This document shows, one piece after another, positions 57,122 to 64,000 of a stretch of 64,000 nt of DNA. The notes beneath the pieces were generated by a model. That model did no database searches. It saw only the letters and a program-made list of their open reading frames with translations, and was not told the origin of the DNA. The stretch's first letter is position 1; every line of letters begins with the position of its first letter. The DNA is taken from the sequence record SRR31156797_4650. One strand, 5' to 3'. Position numbers and translations under genes: made by a program.

Positions 57122-58399
57122 TTAAAAGCTATAGCGAAATGAAGTGAATATATTGGTATTTTTTTCAAACTGACCAAAAAAAGTACTTTGAGACTTTCCC
57201 ATAAATATATTCGCGCCCAAGCCTACCACAATTGCATCCGAGACCTTGTAGCTCATGTTTGGTCGCAAATATGCGTCCTTATCGCTCGGCGAATAATAGG
57301 TATCCAATGAAAGAGTAAAATTTTGATTCATCAGGAGCTGCGTCAATTGCAACGTCACTACATGCCGGAATTCATCCCGTGGATCACCAGAAGTCAGTTG
57401 TTCACGATACTCATCGTAATCGAGCATATGCTCTACATAATATTGAGCATTCGCATTGAAATCCTGCCACACTTCCTGTGCATACCCTACAAGATAGCGC
57501 ATTTCTGAATTACGAACGGAAGCGTTCTTCCCTCCTCTGCTTTCCGGCGAATGGTAATAGACAAATTCCACATTACCAATCCCCGGTCCTACTGCACCCC
57601 GAATGCTCCCGCCATACGCGTTCAACTCCGGGAATATTGATTTACCACTGGAACTGACCCCATTGGGGCTTTTCCAGAACCCTCTATAGAGATAGAGAGC
57701 CAATTCATAGTTATCGATATTACGATAGATTCGCGCGGCAAATTCATCATCTTGAAACCACCGGTCCGGCGTGTCAGTCTTGAGTACATGATCGTTACCC
57801 ACCAGAGCTTGGCGTGAAGCATCCCAGTACGATATGTACTCACCATTAATGTATCTGTCCGACTCAAATTTTGGAGTGTACACAAGATCAACATTGGCAA
57901 TATCGTTAAACAATCCAACCTTCACAGAAGAAGTCGGAGCTTTGAGATATTCCGCATCCCTCCCAATAAAAAACGACTGCCAATCCTTGGGGAACAAATC
58001 ATTGAGAAAAACCAACCCGCCCGTACCCCAAGTTAATATTTGCCGGCCGGCCTTAACATCCAAAAAATCATACGGTCTGGCAAAGGCCCATGCTTCCCTC
58101 GTCTCATAGGCCACACACTCCGCAACCAAGTCTCCCCGAATATCCCCCCTGTACTTGAAATCCATGTTTTCCGTGCTGGTAAACGCTTCCAGCTGTAGTC
58201 TGGTTTCACCAATGGAGATATCTTTCTCTTCCGGGTCATTTTGTGTGCGCGCGCCCATACGGGTTTCCCAAAACCCATACAATTCCAGTTGCTCCAACAT
58301 CTCCCCCAAGGGAGAAAGTTCCTCTTCCGCCTGCACTGAGGCCGGTATGGCCAGGGCTGCAAACAGCCCCAGCCATACGGCTACCCAAAATCCTTTCAT
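57122..58399 (-). CDS. Predicted outer-membrane beta-barrel protein (DUF1302-like)
   Basis: Signal peptide, REAW...KAGRQILTWG, alternating beta-strands, C-terminal FRYSF. Confidence 0.7.
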   Translation of the reverse strand: MKGFWVAVWLGLFAALAIPASVQAEEELSPLGEMLEQLELYGFWETRMGARTQNDPEEKDISIGETRLQLEAFTSTENMDFKYRGDIRGDLVAECVAYETREAWAFARPYDFLDVKAGRQILTWGTGGLVFLNDLFPKDWQSFFIGRDAEYLKAPTSSVKVGLFNDIANVDLVYTPKFESDRYINGEYISYWDASRQALVGNDHVLKTDTPDRWFQDDEFAARIYRNIDNYELALYLYRGFWKSPNGVSSSGKSIFPELNAYGGSIRGAVGPGIGNVEFVYYHSPESRGGKNASVRNSEMRYLVGYAQEVWQDFNANAQYYVEHMLDYDEYREQLTSGDPRDEFRHVVTLQLTQLLMNQNFTLSLDTYYSPSDKDAYLRPNMSYKVSDAIVVGLGANIFMGKSQSTFFGQFEKNTNIFTSFRYSF

Positions 58400-59217
58400 C
58401 GCATCACCTCTCTGGGCGGTCTCCTGAGGTAACGTTCTCCGAAGATATTTCCCTTGAGAGGGATATCATAACGAATATTGGTAAACGTCATGATTGTTGA
58501 ACTTCCGGTTTCAAGATTTTTAAATCGAGATTCCGTGACGGTGGGGAACTCTTTTTCTCCGTCACCTGAAGGAATTTTTTCTACCTTGAGGACGTCCATC
58601 ACGCGATACAACATGTCGCCCTTGAAGTACTCCAACTTCATGGGGATAAACGTTTCACGATCAATATACGCCATGTAATGGGAGAACTCGACACTCGACG
58701 GGACCTTGGGCGTATTCTTGATCACCAAATACCCATCCACATTGTCCTGCCGTTCGTGCACATCCTCATGCATGTTGCGCCCGGATATATCCTCATAAAG
58801 GAAATCAGATCCTGCGAAACTTGTACGTTTGTCACCGGCAGCGATTCTTTTCACCAGATCCAGTCCCGGCATATACAGCCAACGGGCATCGTCCTGCCCC
58901 GGTTCCACTGTTTTGTGCACAAGAAACGACATTTTGCGGACATCCGCCGGAGACCTGAAATAGGTCATATACCTCTGAGCCTGATCGCCTCCTGGCATAT
59001 CCTTTCTCAAGATATTCAACTCTCTTTTGCGAACACGATCCTGACTATCAGTAATTGTCAGAGTAACCCTCCCTTTGCAGGTCTCTCCCAAATAAAGAGC
59101 CGCATGGTTGGCCTTCCTGACAATGGTGTCGGCATCCAGAGTATTCGTTGCAAAGGCTGCACTTGTCATCAAAAGCAGTGTCATGATCACCGCCACTCCA
59201 AATAAGACTTTTTTCAT
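58396..59217 (-). CDS. LolA-like outer-membrane lipoprotein-sorting family protein
   Basis: Signal peptide MKKVLF; FRSPADVRKMSFL, DDARWLYMPGL..VKRIA, SFAGSDFLYED. Confidence 0.8.
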   Translation of the reverse strand: MKKVLFGVAVIMTLLLMTSAAFATNTLDADTIVRKANHAALYLGETCKGRVTLTITDSQDRVRKRELNILRKDMPGGDQAQRYMTYFRSPADVRKMSFLVHKTVEPGQDDARWLYMPGLDLVKRIAAGDKRTSFAGSDFLYEDISGRNMHEDVHERQDNVDGYLVIKNTPKVPSSVEFSHYMAYIDRETFIPMKLEYFKGDMLYRVMDVLKVEKIPSGDGEKEFPTVTESRFKNLETGSSTIMTFTNIRYDIPLKGNIFGERYLRRPPREVMR

Positions 59218-59254
59218 TTCCAATCTCTCTTTTTTATAAGGTATATTCATTATT

Positions 59255-61909
59255 TCATGACTGTTGCCGTGCCGGCTCGTCAGGGAAAAACCATCGTGTT
59301 GCAATCGTTATTATGGCGGGCATGGCGACAAGGGTCAGCACACCTGAGAGCATCATTATGGCCGACAAGAGCATGCTTGTTGTCTGATAAGGAACAAGAG
59401 ATGAGATCAACAAAGGTAAGAAACCAATGGCAATGACAAGCACATTTCGACTGATGGCTCTTGCAGGAGCACCAAACATGCGAGGCAATGTTTTTTCCCA
59501 TGAGCCAGTCGTTGAGTGAATGGAACGGCATCGCTCCACAAAATGAATCGCAAAGTCAACGGACATGCCAAGTGTCAGCACACCGAGAACAGCCACGGGC
59601 ATGTCATAATCTTTGCCGATGATGCCGATAAATCCATAAATGAGTGAGATGGTCATGGTCAGCGGAATCATGCACAACAACCCCCACTTCAAAGAACGGA
59701 ATAAAAAGACGGTCATAAGAAGAACAATGCCGAAGCTGCCGACAAATGAACGCAACATACCCTCAACCATCTGGCTCTGCCAGGCGACATTGATGTAGGT
59801 AAGCCCAGCCCATCGGTGGGACAATTCAACTGGCGGTGGATTACTCCTGAAGTACCCGTCAACAAACGTCTCAACGGCCTCCATCACCTTATTGTCACCG
59901 CTTGCGAGTTGGAAAACCGTGCAGGCACTGGAGTAATCAGGCGTTACAAAATGCCACAAATCATGTGGACGATGGCTCTGCTGGTACTGCATGTAGCATT
60001 CACCAACGCTTTGTAATTTTTCCGGGATACGATAATTGGAATTCTTACCGTCGATCATTTCCTGATTAATCTTGCTGACCACGTCTGCGGAAGAAACACT
60101 TTTCCCGACCAATCCTTGACTTTGAAGCTGATCCTGCAAGCGGACAATATAGTCGAGTACCTCCGGCTGTTTAAAAGGCTTCCTCCTTTCTTTTTCAAGG
60201 CTGAAGAAATTGCGGTATTCCTCAAAGGCAAAATAATCGTCATCAGACTCCGCAGCTTCGGCACGCTTTGCAGCAAGCGCGATGGCCGAATCCAAAAAAG
60301 ACTCACCCTGAGCATAGGAAGTTTTCGCCCGCAGTATTTTCATTAACTGGTCCGCCAAACGGCCAGACTGGTTGCCCCCCTCGACCTCGCGAGAGAAAGC
60401 GGTAAAACGACGACTGATTTCATACTGTTCTTTATCAGTGACTGTCTGACCTTTTTCGCCTTCAAGTATGAGATAGGCGGGATAAGTCCCCTCAAAATGC
60501 TTATTCAAAGAGGTGTCCGCTTTACGTATGGGGTGGCTTTCAGCAAACCATTTCACAGGGTTATCATTAATCCTGATTTTACTGATACCCCACACCGAAA
60601 TCACCAAAAGAACTCCAAACAAAAGCATAAGAGGTTTTGCATGTTTGAAAGAGACCTGCCCAGTACGGACAAGCAATTTGGAAAGGGGGGAGGGATTTTG
60701 TTCCAATTTTACGGCAAAGCCAAAATTTGCAAAGGCCCTTTTAGGAAGTGCCATGATAAACGCCGGTACAAACATTATGGTCAACAGCCATGCAATCATA
60801 ATCCCCGCACCCACGAACACACCGAAAACCTGCACCGGTGGTATGGGTGTCAGAGCCAAAGACATAAAGCCGGCGGCCGAAGTAAGTGATGTATAAAGCA
60901 TGGGCATAAAAAGCGTTCCCAACACTTCACGTATTGTCGTATTACGTCCTTTTTCAGCTGTGTATGAGTCAAAAAATTCCGAAAGAATATGAATAGAGTC
61001 CACTACCGCAATCGACATAAGAAAGACCGGTATCATGGAGCTCATAATATGGACTTTAAAACCAAGCCCGATCATAAATCCCATTGTTATGACGACCGAA
61101 AACGTCGCAATAATCATGGGCAAAATAGTCAACGATAGTTTTCTGAAAAAGAAATATAAAAGAAGAAAAATGGTAGCCATGGCCAATGGGGAAGACACCA
61201 TCATTTCCGTGAACATTTCAACGCCAATGGCATCCTGTGCCACGGGAAGGCCCGTGATATGGACCTCATCATCCATACCCATTGTCGCGACTTTTTCATT
61301 CAGCGCATTATAAACTCTGTAACTCAACCGCTTGTCAGTCAGCGGCAAGTACAAGCATATGGCTTCTCCATCAGCAGAGGCCAACCGCCCTGCCAGCATC
61401 GGATTGGACATTATTCGTTCGCGTACACGTAAGGCTTCTTCCCGAGTGTCTGGAGGATGAGGCATGAGCCAATCAAACGATACAGTCCCCGGCTCGGCCT
61501 GACTTATGTGCTCCACAAGTGACGGAGAAATCATGTCAACACTGATGACGCCTTCACTTTTCCCTAAAGCGTCATCAGACTTCCACCGCAGAGTCTTCGC
61601 ATATCGAGCAAGCTCATAAATATTACTTAAGGTTTTCGGATTGAAAACTCCGTCAGGATCCTTTTCATTCACAATTCCGAGGACAACAATTTCAGAGAGA
61701 TTAAACGTTTCTTTGGCCTGATTGTGAAACAATCTGGACGGCTCGTTTTCCGGCAGCATATGCTCCGGGTCCGTATCGATTTGCACCTGAGGGAAAAACG
61801 ATCCTGCAATAACAGCCACAAGGAACGTCATCAGAATTGTTGTTTTGTAATGGCTGACAGCAAAAGCCACCATTGAATTCTTGATTCGTTTCATTTCTTT
61901 CCTCAACAA
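59255..61909 (-). CDS. MMPL/RND-family transporter
   Basis: Two TM-periplasmic-TM5 halves; IAVVDSIH, LYTSLTSAAGF, GMSVDFAIHF; start 61909 or 61894. Confidence 0.9.
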   Translation of the reverse strand: MLRKEMKRIKNSMVAFAVSHYKTTILMTFLVAVIAGSFFPQVQIDTDPEHMLPENEPSRLFHNQAKETFNLSEIVVLGIVNEKDPDGVFNPKTLSNIYELARYAKTLRWKSDDALGKSEGVISVDMISPSLVEHISQAEPGTVSFDWLMPHPPDTREEALRVRERIMSNPMLAGRLASADGEAICLYLPLTDKRLSYRVYNALNEKVATMGMDDEVHITGLPVAQDAIGVEMFTEMMVSSPLAMATIFLLLYFFFRKLSLTILPMIIATFSVVITMGFMIGLGFKVHIMSSMIPVFLMSIAVVDSIHILSEFFDSYTAEKGRNTTIREVLGTLFMPMLYTSLTSAAGFMSLALTPIPPVQVFGVFVGAGIMIAWLLTIMFVPAFIMALPKRAFANFGFAVKLEQNPSPLSKLLVRTGQVSFKHAKPLMLLFGVLLVISVWGISKIRINDNPVKWFAESHPIRKADTSLNKHFEGTYPAYLILEGEKGQTVTDKEQYEISRRFTAFSREVEGGNQSGRLADQLMKILRAKTSYAQGESFLDSAIALAAKRAEAAESDDDYFAFEEYRNFFSLEKERRKPFKQPEVLDYIVRLQDQLQSQGLVGKSVSSADVVSKINQEMIDGKNSNYRIPEKLQSVGECYMQYQQSHRPHDLWHFVTPDYSSACTVFQLASGDNKVMEAVETFVDGYFRSNPPPVELSHRWAGLTYINVAWQSQMVEGMLRSFVGSFGIVLLMTVFLFRSLKWGLLCMIPLTMTISLIYGFIGIIGKDYDMPVAVLGVLTLGMSVDFAIHFVERCRSIHSTTGSWEKTLPRMFGAPARAISRNVLVIAIGFLPLLISSLVPYQTTSMLLSAIMMLSGVLTLVAMPAIITIATRWFFPDEPARQQS

Positions 61910-62026
61910 GATTTAATAGATGGCCCGACTTGACTTTCTCGTCGGGGTTGGCTTCAGAGTACAATGGTAAAGCGACTTAACCATTGTCGTAAAAAAAGAG
62001 ACATTGATCACCAAAGCCCCCTTCAG

Positions 62027-62042
62027 TGATTTTGATTATCAA
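62027..62042 (-). promoter_or_regulatory. Fur-box-like site upstream of the MMPL operon
   Basis: Minus strand TTGATAATCAAAATCA, same TTGATAATnAAAATCA core as at 57007-57022. Confidence 0.6.
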
Positions 62043-62241
62043 TGCTTCTGCAGGGACAGGTATACGGACGCGTTTACTTGAAGTCAAGCAAAAAACACCG
62101 TACTTAAATTCACGCCAAACAATTATATTTTTCCAATATAAACAAACTATTACTGGGATAGTCACGTTAAAATCCATAGAAATATACATTATGTAGCATC
62201 AAGTCTGGACGAATAATACGCCGACCATTATAAGGATTGAT

Positions 62242-62838
62242 ATGAAAACGATGAGCAAAAAACAGTTGGATATTATCCTTGCAGCAAGCATTGAATTCGA
62301 AAGACACGGGTTTTCCGGCACAAGTATGGAAAAAATTGCAACTGAAGCCGAAGTGTCCAAAAGAACACTGTACAAGTATTACGGAAGCAAAGAAGCCGTC
62401 TTTTCAGCTATAATACAATACCTCCAGCAAAGCGCCATATTGGAGCAATGTCCTCAATACCGGCCAGAAGTCCCTCTCAAAGAACAGCTTGTAGAAGTCA
62501 TTTACACCATGCTTCTCCACCTGAACGAAGAAGAACACATTCGGCTTGCCCGAATAATAATTTCGGAAGTGGGCAGAAAACCAGAACTCAGTGACATTCT
62601 TTCCGACACTGTCGATTTTACAAGCAACGCACCATTTGAATGGATACGCTCGGCTATTGATGATGGCAGCCTGCGTCAGGTCGACCCAACAAAAGCACTG
62701 ACACATCTGACCGCCCTGATAAAATCAAGTGGCTTATGGCCACAAATCATCTTCTATGCCCCATCACTGAGCGAAAAAGAAATGCACGACTATTCAATAG
62801 AATACGCCGACTTTTTCTTGAGTTATTACCAGAATTAA
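62242..62838 (+). CDS. TetR-family regulator
   Basis: IILAASIEF...GFSGTSMEKIATEAEVSKRTLYKYYGSKE. Confidence 0.9.
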   Translation: MKTMSKKQLDIILAASIEFERHGFSGTSMEKIATEAEVSKRTLYKYYGSKEAVFSAIIQYLQQSAILEQCPQYRPEVPLKEQLVEVIYTMLLHLNEEEHIRLARIIISEVGRKPELSDILSDTVDFTSNAPFEWIRSAIDDGSLRQVDPTKALTHLTALIKSSGLWPQIIFYAPSLSEKEMHDYSIEYADFFLSYYQN

Positions 62839-62928
62839 GAGCACTGAAATTTCCTACGAAATATCTACAATAAACAATTCATGTTGGTAGCCACTACAAA
62901 AGACCAATGAATAAAAACCATTTTTTTA

Positions 62929-62954
62929 TTGACAACGTATGGAGTCCATACGAT
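62929..62954 (+). promoter_or_regulatory. -35 box and palindromic operator upstream of the second MarR gene
   Basis: TTGACA (62929-62934) followed by CGTATGG-AGT-CCATACG (62936-62952). Confidence 0.75.
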
Positions 62955-62963
62955 GTTTCTTGC

Positions 62964-63401
62964 ATGAATTCCATAATCGAAAAATACATGATGCTGGTTG
63001 AAAAAATTTCAAATACGACAAAAACATTCAAAACCTTTGACACGAATGTGAATATATACCGTAGCGAAATCCATATCATTCAATTAATCGGTGACCGTGA
63101 AGGGATGCACATTTCGGAAATATCCCGACTGATCGGTGTAACCAAGGGGACAGTCTCACAAATAGTAAAACGGCTGGAGAAAAAAGGATTGGCTGAAAAA
63201 CACATAGATAAAGACAATAACACCCGCCAGCTCGTCAACTTAACTGACAAAGGAATTATTGCATATAATGCCCACGTCAATTTCCATATACACCAACACA
63301 AAAAGATGGAAATTTTCTTGCAATCATTAACTCCTGAAAACCGAATAGTTTTGAATAGCTTTCTTGAGAAGGCCTACGATATGATCGAAGATCATTTGTA
63401 A
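62964..63401 (+). CDS. MarR-family regulator
   Basis: IYRSEIHII...HISEISRLIGVTKGTVSQIVKRLEKKGL...VNLTDKG; start moved downstream of the operator. Confidence 0.88.
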   Translation: MNSIIEKYMMLVEKISNTTKTFKTFDTNVNIYRSEIHIIQLIGDREGMHISEISRLIGVTKGTVSQIVKRLEKKGLAEKHIDKDNNTRQLVNLTDKGIIAYNAHVNFHIHQHKKMEIFLQSLTPENRIVLNSFLEKAYDMIEDHL

Positions 63402-63415
63402 TTTTTTTTACCCCA

Positions 63416-63436
63416 AACGTATGGACACCATACGAT
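63416..63436. promoter_or_regulatory. Second copy of the MarR operator, upstream of the MFS gene
   Basis: AACGTATGGACACCATACGAT, 19/21 identical to 62934-62954. Confidence 0.8.
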
Positions 63437-63452
63437 AGTTCAAAGGAAGAAA

Positions 63453-64000
63453 ATGATAAAAAATGAAAAACGAATTATCTGGATTGCGGCACTCATCCAA
63501 CTCGTCAACCTTATTGACTTCATGATGGTTATGCCATTGGGACCGGACATATCAAAAGACTTACCGATAACAAACTCCGACATAGGCCTTATCTGCGGAT
63601 GCTATACTCTGGCCGTTGGCTTATCGGGTATAATCTGCGCAAAATTTCTTGATAAATTTGATCGAAAAAAAGTTGCTCTTGTGACTGTTTTCGGCCTCTC
63701 CATTGCCACACTCAGCACGACTCTTTGCTGGAATTTACCAACAATGATCGGTGCTCGAATTATTGCAGGACTATTCGGTGGGCCTGCTGCGGCTATTGCT
63801 TTTTCCATCGTTTGCGATGTGGTCCCCCCAGAAAGACGGGGCAAGGCAATGGCCATTATTATGGGAACTTTTTCAATATCATCCATCGCCGCCATTCCGT
63901 TTGGATTGGAATTGGCTGAAAAAGGCTCCTGGAGAACACCTTTCTATGCCATTTCCCTCCTCGGCTTCATTGCATTATGGCTTGTTAGTCAATTTACCCC
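63453..64000 (+). CDS. MFS efflux transporter, truncated by the window end and not in the ORF track
   Basis: MIKNEKRIIWIAALIQLVNLIDFMMVMPLGPD...FLDKFDRKK (MFS motif A)...ARIIAGLFGGP...PPERRGKAMA; AAGGAAG SD. Confidence 0.88.
   Translation, partial: MIKNEKRIIWIAALIQLVNLIDFMMVMPLGPDISKDLPITNSDIGLICGCYTLAVGLSGIICAKFLDKFDRKKVALVTVFGLSIATLSTTLCWNLPTMIGARIIAGLFGGPAAAIAFSIVCDVVPPERRGKAMAIIMGTFSISSIAAIPFGLELAEKGSWRTPFYAISLLGFIALWLVSQFT

Noticed and set aside
62146-62162. ACTAT-N7-ATAGT as the TetR operator
   Set aside because: Only 5-bp arms in AT-rich DNA and a single copy; too weak to call
1-64000. CRISPR arrays, tRNA/rRNA genes, IS elements, integrases, prophage genes
   Set aside because: None recognised; no regularly spaced repeats or transposase-like ORFs seen

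Overview
This is a 64-kb window from what looks like a Desulfovibrionaceae (Pseudodesulfovibrio-like) sulfate reducer; the taxon is inferred from gene content, not directly shown. No rRNA, tRNA, CRISPR array or transposase was recognised. There are five blocks. (1) 1-20 kb: a sigma54-linked signalling cluster with three histidine kinases, five receiver proteins without DNA-binding output, a PEP-synthase-like protein, a membrane-anchored enhancer-binding protein, a degenerate PHP-like membrane protein, NhaB and a DASS/SLC13 transporter. (2) 20-40.6 kb, the highlight: four tandem periplasmic aryl-sulfate sulfotransferase (ASST) paralogues bracketed by two paralogous PBP-sensor kinase/NtrC pairs, plus a seven-gene operon. 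The operon encodes a 968-aa internally duplicated CGHC protein, a YeiH-type transporter, two small membrane proteins, an acidic HhH protein ending in CNC, a tetraheme cytochrome c and a hidden selenoprotein candidate. The ORF track splits that last gene at an in-frame TGA (S-U-S-C in place of the DUF1573 S-C-G-C motif) that is followed by a SECIS-like hairpin. All five transcription units share a sigma54 -24/-12 element and paired TGTGC-N8-GCACA enhancer-like sites. I propose a selenium- and thiol-dependent periplasmic sulfuryl-relay system for sulfate esters. (3) 40.7-45.9 kb: two IclR regulators, a BCCT transporter and proC with shared operators. (4) 46-52 kb: MarR, a CoA-dehydratase-activase-like protein, a flavodoxin-fold protein and a methyltransferase. 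(5) 52-64 kb: a Fur-box-containing MMPL/LolA-like/beta-barrel/AraC/TonB-receptor/MFS cluster, then TetR, MarR and a truncated MFS gene.
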